A stretch of 64,000 nt of DNA from Rhynchobatus australiae (lineage: Eukaryota): NCBI GenBank assembly GCA_034780895.1, contig JAUZTB010000087.1:36563539-36627538 (forward strand), read 5' to 3'. Shown here piece after piece: positions 36,598-49,660 of this stretch. The position numbers were made by a program, and so were the translations under genes. The notes below the pieces were generated by a model that did not search any database, was not told the DNA's origin, and saw only the letters and a list, made by a program, of their open reading frames with translations. Within the stretch, counting starts at the first letter, position 1. Every line of letters begins with the position of its first letter.

Positions 36598-38689
36598 CCT
36601 CCATGCAGATGCCGGTGCTCAAGCTGAAGCGACTTTGCCTGTGCACTGCCGGTCTCTGGAAAGTCATGTGTATGTAGTGGCGGCGAGCGGAGCACCGGCT
36701 TCACGTGGAGCTCGTGCTCAGAACTCTGGCGGCCCGTGCGCCAGCCGGCGGAAGGCTGGCGACCCGCTGCCCGATTGTCTTTTGCTACATTGTTGTTACA
36801 TTGTTGCAAGTGTCATTCCCCGGGCTCGCTTCCTTCATTCATTCCGGACACGTGNNNNNNNNNNNNNNNNNNNNNNNNNNNNNNNNNNNNNNNNNNNNNN
36901 NNNNNNNNNNNNNNNNNNNNNNNNNNNNNNNNNNNNNNNNNNNNNNNNNNNNNNTCATTCATTCCGGACACGTGGGTGCACAAAGTTACAGCAAATAGCT
37001 TTATATTCTTCTTTCGACGGGGCCGTGATTCGTACCAAAGTACGTGTCAGGGGCAAAAAAAATACAACTACTACTTTTTTGAACCCCCCCCCAAATGAAA
37101 ATCAACCGATCAACGCAAAATGCTAAAATCAGGTTGGAAGAGGAAATTAACAATATATTTTGTTTCCTCTTTGTGGCCAGTTGGAGACGCATATATAATT
37201 TTCTCAATTCTCACAAAACAGTGAATCAGGTTGATTCAGCAGTGTGGCTTGCGTAACTCGGGATATTTCTTACTCAACGTTAATGCTTGGATCTCAAGTA
37301 AGATAAAAAATAGCAGCAAACTCCGGTTGTAGCCACTTTCCAATTGGTGACATGTCAGAGCAGTCTTGCTCTTTTTTTTCTGTCCAAACTCGCATCGTTC
37401 TCTTAAGATGCGTAACTGTGAATATCAACTGGGTTGCATATCGGGCACAGACCTTACTTTCCCATCCTCAGCATATTAGCTAGCAGAAACTTGGATAGTT
37501 TCTTGAATGCGTATTTTTTAAAAAAAATATATCATTGATGTTTGCGCAGGGGAGTTCTTTTATACGTTTTAATATGCAACATTTATCTAGCCACCGCAAA
37601 AAAATTGAGACACGCTAATCATGTGTAGTATATCATTTCATGTTATATAAAAACTATAACTGCCGATAATGTACATTGCGTAAGGGATGCGAGCACGGGT
37701 TATGAAAGACAGTTTGATAATGTGTCACATGAGAGCCTGCTGCACCGACGAATGCTGACGTCTCTGCTTTACTACTGGGAGCTGAGAATGAACCCGATGC
37801 CACTGCATTTCTGGCACCACACGCTGCGCATCTCAAGTAGTGCGGCCACATAACGCGTACTTTCCAGTGATTAAAACCAAACCTCTTGTTTTGATTGTAG
37901 AATGCAACTCTGTCCGGTTATGCCAGACGATCGCGCTTGACCAGAGGCAAACTTGTGCTTGCAGTTTTTATGGGTCTTGCGAAACAGCAATGTCCTTTGC
38001 GAAATGAAGGCAAAGGACTGCATTCAATATGTAATTTTTTGACATGTTGTAACTTTATAAGGTGTGGTCCGAAACATTTAATATATTAGGATGGGGTTTG
38101 CGAAAGCTTTTTAATGGGTCACCTCAGTGTGACCCTTGACACTGCCATCTAGTGTTACAGTTATTTTTGGATGAAGCTGCATCTGGATTGTAACAGCAGC
38201 TGAGAGAAGCAACGGCAGCATTTGAAGTCTTGAAACAATCACGCTAATATACACATTGACTGATGTGGGCACAGTAACAAAACAGGTTGCGAGAGTTCAA
38301 TTTTAAAGAATGTGATTGGATGGAAGAAAATGGAAAATTACACATATGTGCTTGGCATTGGTTAAATTGAGAATATTGTTTAGCTTTTGAAAGACAGCTA
38401 TTGCATTAGGTGAGATCCTTTAATAGGAAATATATCATCTTTGGTATTTTTCTCAAAATCTGCTGAAGGGGAAAGAAGAGTCTTAGCTGCATACTGATAC
38501 TCTTGAACAACTTCTCATAACCCTAAGAACAGCCATTAATAATGCAAAGCCTGAATCTCACTAAAAGGACCTTTTAATGTTGACTGTTTGAGTAATTTTG
38601 TGGGAAGTACCTAGAAATACCAAAGCAAATTGATGTAAAGCTTGGCACAAGCAGAGCTTCAGCAGAATCAATTGATTTATTCATTGACA

Positions 38690-39030
38690 TTACCCCAGGC
38701 CACTTTCTCCTGGACCGGTGCAGATGGGCCACAGCCCATAGCCTGATAGTGCCCCAACCTCGCACTGTCCACTTCAATCTCTTCCCTAAGATCTACAAAC
38801 AGGATTGCTCTGGTAAATCAATTGTTTCTGCCTGCTTTTGTCTCAATGAACTTATCTCCTTATACCTTCACTCTATCTTGTCTTCCCTTGTCCAATCCCT
38901 TCTCACTTACATCTGGGACACTTCTCATGCCCTCCACCATTTTAACAACTTCCAATTCCCTAGTCCCAACCATCTCATCTCTACCATAGCCTTCAGTCTC
39001 TATCACAGCCACATGTCCTTCCTCAGTACA
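38690..39030 (+). mobile_element. Penelope-like reverse transcriptase fragment
   Basis: PQPRTVHFNLFPKIYK..GKSIVSAC...LISLYL..ILSSLVQSLLTYIWDT resembles the PLE RT motif LPKIHK..GRPIVS...YIRDT. Confidence 0.75.
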
Positions 39031-42000
39031 AGGTTACTGTGTCAAATTGTGGGTTAGTGTGTAAGTTGCTACTTTCATAAAGTCAAAATTTAAAAACTCT
39101 TGAGTTTTATTCTGTGGTCCCAAATTCTTAAAAAGGACCCAAGGACATGACTTCAGAGATGAGTAGCTTGCGTCAGTTGCTAACATAGGATGGTTGAACA
39201 GTGGCCTTAAACTCCAATATAAGTATCAACAGGAATGCAAATAGAAAATTTTGTTGAAAATACTCAGATCAGATGTCATCTGTGGAGAGAGAAATAGAGC
39301 TGATGACTTGAAAAGTTTATTAGGCTTCTCTGTTCATAGTTGCTTCCAGGCTTGCCAAGTATTAAAAGCACTTCCTCCTTTTTCTCAGATTCACAGCATC
39401 TGCAGTGCTTTGCTTTTGATATCACACACAGTGATTGTTGGAGAGGCTATGATCCAACAATTCTGTGGTTAGAAAGGATACCCAGCTTACAAAGATAAGG
39501 TGATCACAAAAATCATTCAAAACATCACAGCCCCTTCACTTCCCTGTTGTATTTGCTTAGTGTCTTCCCTTGGAGGATGAGATCCCTGCACTTGGAAACT
39601 GACGCTGCTTGTAACAATAAGATGCACTGCTGCTGCATTTATGGATTATAAAGGTGACCATGTTCCTTTGTGTGTACAATCTATGCTTGGAAATGGAAAA
39701 GTAACAGTAAGTCCATGCCTTGCCATGGCCTATGTAACCACAGATATAAATGCCTAAATGCTTAAATTACCACAGGTCAGCTTAAAAGAATGAATGATAT
39801 TGCATTAATCTTCTGTTGTTGAAGGAAAACATTATAAAGATCCCAGATTCCTTGTTATCTTATTTCCATTATCAAAACACCAAAAAAACTCATACTAAAA
39901 ACCATATTCATCCAAATGTGAAGCTGTCAGATTTATTTTTAAAGCACAAAATTTTGTATATTCTCAAGCTAGTGTTATGTGAACAAGATAAGGACTTATC
40001 CTTGTACAGTGTCTCTAATATTCCAGGAGATGGTGGAGTCTTGGCTGGAGATAGGAAAGCAAAAAGATTACATGAGATTACAATTGTAAAAAGAGAACGA
40101 TCAGGCTTTAGTTGAGAGATGGAATAAGATGGAGGTGGTTTGGAAAGAAGCGTCCATGGATGTGATAGAGAATGTTCTTTGATGGTGGAGCAGAGTGGAG
40201 AACTTGCAGCTTCAAGGTCAGAAGGTGTATGCTGAGATATGAGGTTGGAGACATTTGTAAATAGGGGTGAGGAATTTGGCTTAAGTGTGATGGGGAAAAG
40301 GGTTCAGTGGGTGCCGCTGGTGCTATAACTGGAGTGGAACATAGCACAACATTGGATATGATGGTGGAGTTTTCACTCACATTTATACTTAGAGACCACT
40401 TATGTGATTATTGCAATAAAGAATAAATTTATCATGAGGACATTGGCTGTCATCTCAGAAAAGTTTATATGACCCTTTGGCTTAGCAGCTGCAATGACAA
40501 CCAGTAGGTATATTGATTAATAAAATATTACGTAACCTTTTATCACATTGAGGACACTTGCTTTGTGAAACAAAGTATTGATCACATTGCTGGTAAAATC
40601 TATATTAAATCACATTACCTTCAGGTTGGTTAAGACACAAAGATCAATGGGCAGCAGGTAGGTCCTGCTCAAAGGTGACCCCTCATATCTTAGAAATGCA
40701 AAAGGACTTGGTTGAGCTGAAGCACCAATGTATATCGTGCTTTCTAGCATACACTACTGCAGAATCAAATTGCTTCAACACAGTTAGCAAGTTCTCTGCT
40801 TGCCCTACTTAATTTACAATAAAAGCAGAAACTAGATCAATTGTATACTCCACCAGTAGGGGGCCCAGGACTTGTACCACTACACTTGGTTTATTATATA
40901 ATCTGGATCAAACAGCTGATCAAGACGAATAACATGTTTAAAAGGAGGAGTGTTCATTATCAGATGTTACATTCCTGCGTCTTAATAGATAATAGTCCCA
41001 TTAGTTTTAAATTTTAGAAATATTTTTAAAACTTGATGTGTTTGTTTTCCCCCAGTTAAACAATTAATTATATTGTTTTCCTGTGCATATTTAAGGTTAT
41101 CTTTTTGACATGAGTGGCAGATTGTTTTATCATAGTAGTAAGTTGCTTTTGGTGTGATATTTGGCAAGAAAGTTCAGAAACTTATACCTCAGATAAACAC
41201 AACCAATACACCTACTGCTGGAGCATTTGTAGAATGCTGATGAAAATGATCANNNNNNNNNNNNNNNNNNNNNNNNNNNNNNNNNNNNNNNNNNNNNNNN
41301 NNNNNNNNNNNNNNNNNNNNNNNNNNNNNNNNNNNNNNNNNNNNNNNNNNNNTATCTAAAATGTAAAAAAGAATGTAAAAAAGAAAAAAAAACTTGCAAG
41401 TGTAGTGACTTAATGCTTCCTGCAATATTGTAAAGTATTTCATAAGAATCAAATTATTTTTCAAGTTTAATTATTATTGTCACGTAGGCAAATGCAGTTC
41501 TGCCTCAGTCAACATCACCAGAAACAGATTTATTTGCCTTTCATCTCATCTGTAATCAAACATATTTTTCAGTTTGCTTAAGATGCCAGTGCAGCTAGAT
41601 GATGGAAGTGATAGCGGGGAGTTTTATGTAGACAGCAGCTTGCATGTTACAGTGATGTTGAGTACACATGTCATGGTTTTGCATGGGTGGAATAGTGTTG
41701 CAGTACATCTCACCACTGCAACAACCAAGATGAGGTGCATAACTTCATCCTGTTGAAGCAGTAATCTGAGACATTTGTCTTTGGCAAATAGGAGAGGTTT
41801 GTTTTAAAAGTGTCAAGCCACTTAATGAGAGTTCATTTGCATTGAAGTGTGACTAGTTCAAAGTGTGAGAACACATAGTGACACCCTGCTTGTTGCTTTG
41901 TGTTTTTCATTCCTTGCTTTGACATTGCCCTTCTGAAGTTCTCTTAGTGAAGACAGTTCATGTACACTAAGATTTACACTTGTCTCATGTTTACTAATCT

Positions 42001-45000
42001 GGAAATATAATAATGCGTCATGGGTTATATTTTGCAAAACACATTGTCACATTTTAATTCTTAGGATGCCAACCACACGTCCATGTTTCACTTTAGTTTA
42101 AACACTCTTTTGCCAATACAAGAAATTTTAAGGTTGTGAAATGCAGTTTGAAACCATCGTAGAGCAAATGCTTTATCAATACACTGAAAAACAGAGATTT
42201 CAAAGGTCAGGCAGATCATCAAGTCCATCACGAATTGTCAGATGTTCTTCGAACAAACTGGAGTAATGCATAATGTATTGGATAAAAAAAAACAGTTTAA
42301 TTCCATCAGGATAACACGTGTAGGAACTCCTAGGAAGCCTGAGTAATTCTTAGTCTAAGAATTCTAAGGCAATTATGGAAAACACTGTTCTCCGTGAGGA
42401 GGAGAAAGTAAAAATACTTGAATCTCAGTGTTCTTCTCCCTCTTCACATAAAACTGAACAAGATATTTGAGACTCATTTGTGGAAGGAAAAGATACAATT
42501 TTCTGTGAAATCTGGTGCTTAAAGCACCAAATGTCAGTGATAGAAGATGGGGAAGAGGAAGTAACCAGTAAATTTTCCCTCTTTAGGCATGTCAGTATGA
42601 TGACAATGCAACATGAGTTCTGGGAGTTCTTAAAACCATAGACATCTATTCATCAGAAAAGAGACAACATAATACAAAGGCCCCAGAGATGTGTGTAAGG
42701 CCTGGAAACCCTCTCAGTAGCTTTTCTAAAGATGAAGTAAAGGATGTTTTGTGGGGCATTTATTTTGGCTGTTACCACAATTCCTAAGCATAAGGAACTC
42801 AAGAGCCAATTCTGTTGGTGAGTTAAATTTAGGAAGACACTTACCTCGTGCAGCCCTTAATACTTTGCGCAACATTTCCCAGCTCATCCATGTGCTTTGT
42901 TTAGAGAAGTAGAAATAGTGGGATAAAAACCTAGCCTAATTGAACAAACACTGAGAAATATCTCTCTGATCAAGACAAATCCAGGAGGTTGCAATGTCTT
43001 TGATTTACATTATTAGGCACTTCTTGAATAAGATGATATTTCTCTCNNNNNAAGGATGTCTAGCTCTTTGATTATACCAGTAGCTTTCCATTTACATGCT
43101 GGCAATTTGTTTCACAGGTCCAGTAAAAATATCTGGGAAAAGAAACTACCCAGCACCAGTCTGGTTCAGCCTTTTGATAACTTTAGGTGTGACCCCTGAT
43201 CTTCCCTATTCATATCCCACTGGAACAATTGCTCTACACAAGCACAATGTAGTCTCCATTTTATAGACCTCAATCATATTTCCCTGAGTCCATGTTTCTT
43301 TAAAAGATCAGGCATACCTGTCTGGGTAATGAAAATGTTTTAAATTGTCTTTGACATCAGATCATAAAATGTGCACTGAAGCCTTTCACAAGAAATGTGT
43401 AAATAATTCGACTTATGTGATCAACCTTCCAAAAGTAATGGGAACCCAACTTTTCTTCCTCCTGAAAAACTGCTATCAAAGAAATGTCGATCATTTGTCA
43501 CAACAAGTTTGAAAAAGATTAAAAACTGGCATATAGCTTCTTACAGAAGGAATAGTAATAGTGTGAGTTAACTAGTGAATCATTTGTGTTGAAGCCATTT
43601 CCTATATTCTCATTAGCTAATTTCACAATAGATCTAGAAATTAAAACAGTCATGTTTTGTTTGGTTTCTGGCATACTGTATGGTGGCTGTGCTGTGGTAT
43701 GAACATATGACTGACAATTCCTTTAGTTTGGAAGTTTGTGTTCAGCTGTGTTGCATTAGTGTTCTGTAAGCAGTCTGATAATGTGGCATACTTGGCTGGA
43801 GCTCACACTTATTCCATATATGCTCTGACAGACCATGGAATCCTAGATATCCTCAAAAAAATTCTTTCTCTAGCTCTTGTATCCATTTTTGGTTGTTCTT
43901 CACATACTTCCTTTTACACTGCCTAAACTTTGCTGTTTAACTCCAAACATGTACTTTTATGTTAAAAACTATAAAAACATGTCTGACTACTTTTAGTAGC
44001 TCTGGTGAATGTGCAACAGAATACTAGCACAAGTTTCTTTAAAAACACTAATGGAATGTTGCTATAAAATGTGTTGAAGTAGTTTTTCTCTGTTTGAATT
44101 ATATTTCTGGTTTAAAAAATAATGATTTGGAGTGTGTGATTGTTTTCAGATGCAGAGTTTCACTTTGGACTTTATAAGATCCTTGCTAAAGTTGTCAGCC
44201 ATATAAGGAGAAAAATGATCATTATTTCATGGAATAACACCCAACTCCTTAATTCTTTTCTAATTTTCTAATAAAATATTGGTATTTTCCACCCAGTCAC
44301 AAGGCAACACACTCTGTTTCTTGCTTAGGAAAGGGTCAGGTGGGGGAGTATGAATAACCTATTATTGTGTTGTAACTGCTCTCACTTTCCCCAATCTCCC
44401 TGTAGAGTAGCATCCTATGCAGTGTCATGTTCTGTATATCTGTCTAGCAGATAAGTTTTAACCTGGAATTCATAGACTAAGGGTATATTTGACATTAATC
44501 AATTAACAAGGTGAATACAACACCATATTTGAAATCATCTTTTACACACANNNNNNNNNNNNNNNNNNNNNNCTTTTTATTGACTTCAATAAAACTGAAT
44601 ATTGAAAGGGAAATATAATGAATCTTTGTTATGATTATCTGTTTAACACAAGTGACCAAAGATGAATTGCTGTTCCTTCACTTTTTCAAACAATATATTT
44701 AACAACATGGTTTGCTGATGTCTGAATTATGTATATTGGGTATCATTTTAGAGCAGTTTCTTTGGAACTTTTGTTTTCTCATGTTTTTAAAAACAATTAT
44801 CTTCTTATACCTTTCAAGTAGTGGGCCCCATGACCAAACACCTATGTTGTATAATGCTAAACCTGTGTATTATTTGAACAATACTGTGGTAAGGAAGGTA
44901 CTATTGTGATACACGGATGTGAAAATTATCATAGTTAACTTTTAGTCCATGATATTTTAAACTGTCAGTAAATGGGGAGAACTTAAATATTAGAGTTCAA

Positions 45001-45529
45001 GGATGGATGGAGAGTGAGGACATGCTAAAGTTAGCGATGTGCCAAGAATAAATGGTGGAAAAATTGGGTTCAATTTAAAGTATTATTCTGTATTTACTGA
45101 TGTAACAATGGTGACTGCACTTCCAAGTAATCATATGTGAATTATTGTTGAGATGCCTGAGGGGCATAATTATGAGTTACACAAAAGTATGTTCTTTCAT
45201 GTTATTCTTAGGATTACTTAATAATAAATGATTAGTTTGAAANNNNNNNNNNNNNNNNNNNNNNNNNNNNNNNNNNNNNNNNNNNNNNNNNNNNNNNNNN
45301 NNNNNNNNNNNNNNNNNNNNNNNNNNNNNNNNNNNNNNNNNNTGTACTATTCATATTGTGAAAACTTGTCAGGATATTTTTCATGAAGTAATATTTAATC
45401 ACTACAAAATTCCACATCTTGGAAAACATGCGACAATATCAGTGTTGTCAGTACCTGCTTTTGTTTCTGTTTCTGATACATTCACTAAAGGACTGATTAA
45501 TATTTGGGTATGCCTGCTCTTGTAGGATT

Positions 45530-46310
45530 CTCCCTTCCAGTATGTGCAAACATGACCAAAGAGCTGAATTCCAGCAGAGAGGTGAGAGTGACTTCCCTTG
45601 GCATCAAAGCAGCTTTTGACTGGGGTGTGGCAAGTGGTAAAACTGAAGCTAATGGGCACGAAGGAGTAAATGCCCCATTAGCTGGAGTCGTACCTTACAC
45701 AGAGAAAGATGATTATGGTTGTTTGAGGTGAATCATCCCAGCCCTAGGATATTGCAGCAGCTGTCGTAGACACAGCCGTCTTCAGCTGTATATTCAGTGA
45801 GCTTGCTTCCATCATGAGTGCTAATGTTCGCTGAGGATTGCAGAATATTCAATTCCAGCTGCCACTCCTCAACAAATAAAACTGTCCATGCCTGTATGCT
45901 GTGAGACCTAGACAACATGCAGTCATGGGCTGAAAACTGGCAAGTATTCTGTAGCTTATGTGCCAGGCAATGATCATCTCTAATAAGAGGGATTCTAACC
46001 ACCTACTCTTGTAATCAAGGCATTACTGTCGTTGAGTTCTCCACTGTCAAAATCCTGGGTTGTCACCATTGTCCAAAAGTTTAACTGGACAAGCTACATA
46101 AATATAAAGACTATAAGAGCAGATCAGAAGCTGCGTATGCTGTAGTAAGTGACTTGTCTCCGGACTCCTTGAGCTCTTTCTGCCATCTACAAGGAACAAG
46201 TGATGAGTGAATGAAATACTCTCCATTTGCAGAGAAAAGTTGCAATTCAAAAAATATTTAAGAAGCTTTACACCAAACAGGACAAACCACCAGTTTGATT
46301 AGCACCCCTT
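45530..46310 (+). mobile_element. Decayed LINE RT fragment (CR1/L2 group)
   Basis: VTSLGIKAAFD (RT LD..KAFD motif) and ATGTTCGCTGAGGATTGC (MFADDC-like). Confidence 0.65.
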
Positions 46311-47276
46311 GTCTTACTAATAGCTTAAGACATTTTAAGGGTAATTAGTGACAGTAGAAATATGCCAATGACCAACTGGATTGAGATTGCCTAAAATCAT
46401 TTCACATGCAACTCTTTATTGCCAGCAGTTAAGTGCAATTGTTATGTTAGTATTCTGGATTTGGGACAGACCCTTGAGATGAAAGTCCATTGTTTAACCT
46501 ACTTCACCATGTACTTTTGTTTTTTGGAATTTCTTGAGCAAAAGTAGGTCAAGATTTCAAGTAACATTGCATGCAAAACCCATCCACAAATATTTCCCTT
46601 TCTGTTTGATATCTTTATTGTATTTTTCCACCTTGGGTTTAGTTTTTCATGTAAGATGTGAAGCTGTTTCTACGTCTGTGCAAAATTTAAATTACAACCT
46701 AGATGTTGTGTGACACACACTTTAGCTGGCACCAGTTTTCTGCTCTCCATCTGGAGAATTATGCAGCCTTTACTCTGTGGCCCTATCAAGTATAAAGTCA
46801 GCAACTTGCCACAAAGGAAGTGATGTGCATAAATCTGTTCAAAAAGCCACAACCCTGAGTAACTTGTTTTACAAATGTTAAGCAGCTTAATTGTGCCAAT
46901 TTTGAAGAGAAACAGGGTAAGGCTAACCAGCCCTTTGAGTTTGTTCCAATATGTAGGCAAAAGTATCTGAACTCCATTTTTTGTCTTTGATCCATATCTC
47001 TTAATCCCTTCACAGTGAAAAAAACTGGCAATCTCTTAAAAATATCAATGAATCCAATGCTTGTGGAGAGAATTGAAGATTTCCATTACCCTTTAAGCAA
47101 AATTATGCTCTGAATGACCTATCAATATGAAAAGGACACCACAAAGAAATACAGGAATAGACCATTTGGCCTCCTGCACCTGGACTACTATTCAGTTATA
47201 TCAAGGGTAACCTTTCATCTCAGCCCAAGTTCCCTGTACTAATTCCTTGGTTCCCTTGATATCACACTATCTACTT

Positions 47277-48295
47277 GGTCCACCAAGTCCCTGTGAAGGT
47301 TCACTCATCCCTTTCCACCCATCCCATGGTATTTTCCTCTGTAGTTGTAGAAGGTGCAGCACTTGTCCCTACACCTTCTCCCCCACCGCCATTCAGGGAC
47401 ATAAACAGCCCTTCCAGGTCAGGCAAAGATTCACTTGCATCTCCTTCAATCTCGTCTACTGCATTTGGTGCTCTCGATGTGGTGTCCTCTACATCGGCAA
47501 AACCAAGCATAGACTAGGTGACTGTTACGAGGAACATCTGCGCTCTGTCCACGATGGCCGTCTTGAGCTCTTGGTTGCATGCCATTTCAACTCCCCCTCC
47601 CATTTACATACTGGCCTATCAGTCCTCAGCCTTGTCCACTGGCAGAGAGAGGTTAAGTGCAAACTAGAAGAACACCACCTCATATTCCACCTGTGTAGTC
47701 TACAACCCAATAGCATGAACATTGAATTTTCCAATTTCAGTTGCCCTGCNNNNNNNNNNNNNNNNNNNNNNNNNNNNNNNNNNNNNNNNNNNNNNNNNNN
47801 NNNNNNNNNNNNNNNNNNNNNNNNNNNNNNNNNNNNNNNNNNNNNNNNNNNNNNNNNNNNNNNNNNNNNNNNNNNNNNNNNNNNNNNNNNNNNNNNNNNN
47901 NNNNNNNNNNNNNNNNNNNNNNNNNNNNNNNNNNNNNNNNNNNNNNNNNNNNNNNNNNNNNNNNNNNNNNNNNNNNNNNNNNNNNNNNNNNNNNNNNNNN
48001 NNNNNNNNNNNNNNNNNNNNNNNNNNNNNNNNNNNNNNNNNNNNNNNNNNNNNNNNNNNNNNNNNNNNNNNNNNNNNNNNNNNNNNNNNNNNNNNNNNNN
48101 NNNNNNNNNNNNNNNNCCCTCTCATCTCTGTATACGGGCTAACTTTCCTCTACACTCTCAGTCTTGATGCAGGGTCTTGACGCTGAAATGTCAACCATCC
48201 TTCTACCTTCACAGTTGCTGCCTGACCCACTGAATTCTTCCAGTTTGCTTTTCTTTGTTTTGCTGCAGATTGTAGCATTTGCAGTGTCTTGTGTC
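47277..48295 (+). mobile_element. Penelope-like element 3' part: GIY-YIG endonuclease plus terminal repeat, 7-bp TSD
   Basis: FTCISFNLVYCIWCSRCGVLYIGKT...HFNS...QPNSMN is a GIY-YIG domain with the CxxC insert typical of PLEs. A degenerate hammerhead-type tail spans 48158-48295. TCTACTT is repeated at 47270-47276 and 48296-48302. Confidence 0.88.
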
Positions 48296-48302
48296 TCTAC
48301 TT

Positions 48303-49660
48303 TTCAATCTCTCCCCGTTTTGAAAATTACTCAGCCTTGTTTTTTTTAAACCAAAACGGATGGCTTCACATTTTCCGCACCATATTCTCTCACCATGTCC
48401 TTGCCCATTCACATAGCTTGTCTGTCTTCCCTCTCTGCCTTTTCTTCACAACCCACAGTCCCACCCAGTGTTTTTTTTTAATCAGGAAACTTGGATTTGT
48501 TACACTTGGTCTCTTCATGCTAGTGATTGATGTAGAATGTCAACAGTTGCGGGTCTAGTACCAGTCTCTGCACTGTGCAACCGGTCACAGCCTTCCTACC
48601 CAGAAATAACCTATTCATTCCTTTTCTTATGCCTGTTAACCTATCCTTAGTCTATACCATTATGTCACCCCAATCCCTTGTGCTTTTATTTTGTTTTATA
48701 AACTCTTGTGTGGCACCTTCTGCACATGCCAATCTCAAAACAAAACTCACAGATTTGTCAAGCATGATTTGACTTTCAGAAGTCCATGTCGGTTCTACCC
48801 AATTCTCTTATTATTTTCTAAATACCTGCTTCTTGTTTAATAATTATTTTCCCCACTGCTGGTGTTCTGCGTCCTTTCTTTTTTTCAGAACCACAACTGC
48901 TCTGTGGTTCCCTGTTTTCTCGCTCTCTCCTTTCTTAAATAGTGAAGTTACGTTTGTGACCTTCAGCTTTAAGAACCATTCCTAAATCTATGGAATTTTG
49001 GCAGACAATAGCCAGTGTATCTACTATCTGCATAGCCACCTTTTTCAAAACTTTGGGATGCAGGTCATTGGGTCCTAGGGACTTATAATCTTTCAGTCCA
49101 ATAAATTTTTCCAGTGCTTTTTATTTGCTACTGTTAACTTCACTCAGCTACTCATTCACACTGAGCTGTTGTTCTCCAATATCTCCAGGAGATTTTCTTT
49201 GTCTTCTATGAAAATAGACACAAAATATTTGTTTCAGTTCACTATAATTTTCTTATTCCCCAATATACTATCTTCTATTTCAGTCTGGAAGAGATTCACA
49301 TTAATTTTTGATCTTTTTCTTTTTTACAAATCCATCAATGCTTTTCCAGTCTATTTTTATGTTTTTCACTTGGTTATTCTTATATTTTACTCCCCATTTT
49401 CTTATTAATATCTTGCTCCTCCTTTGGTGAATTCTGAAAATATTCAAAATCTCACGTATACTGCTATTTTTTGGAAACATTGTAAGCCTTTTCCTTTGAT
49501 GCAATACTTTATTTAACTTCTCTCGATAGCCAGCTGGACCACTTTTCCTGTAAGATATTTGTACCTTAAAGGGAGATATATATATTTGTTACAGACTACT
49601 TAAGATGTTATCATTGTTAATTTACTGTCATACTATTAATGTAGTTTTTCAATCTACCTC
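48303..49660 (-). mobile_element. Decayed CR1 LINE ORF2 fragment
   Basis: Minus-strand KCEAIRFG-like motif and stop-riddled RT/linker sequence. Appears to continue left of the Penelope insertion (about 46950-47276). Confidence 0.6.

Larger units (their letters stand above)
36190..37120. promoter_or_regulatory. CpG island / promoter and 5' region of PPARGC1B
   Basis: Sharp rise in GC and CpG against a CpG-depleted background, with a weaker CpG tail to about 37960. YY1-type AAGATGGCGG overlaps the ATG. CACGTG E-boxes at 36702 and 36849. Confidence 0.8.

Noticed and set aside
36835-36974. TCATTCATTCCGGACACGTG repeated on both sides of the N run
   Set aside because: Identical sequence flanking a roughly 100-N gap is a typical unmerged contig overlap, not a biological repeat.
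36323-37126. 267-aa ORF as a single-exon gene
   Set aside because: It starts at TTG and spans an N gap. Only the 26 codons before the GTAAGG donor resemble a known protein.
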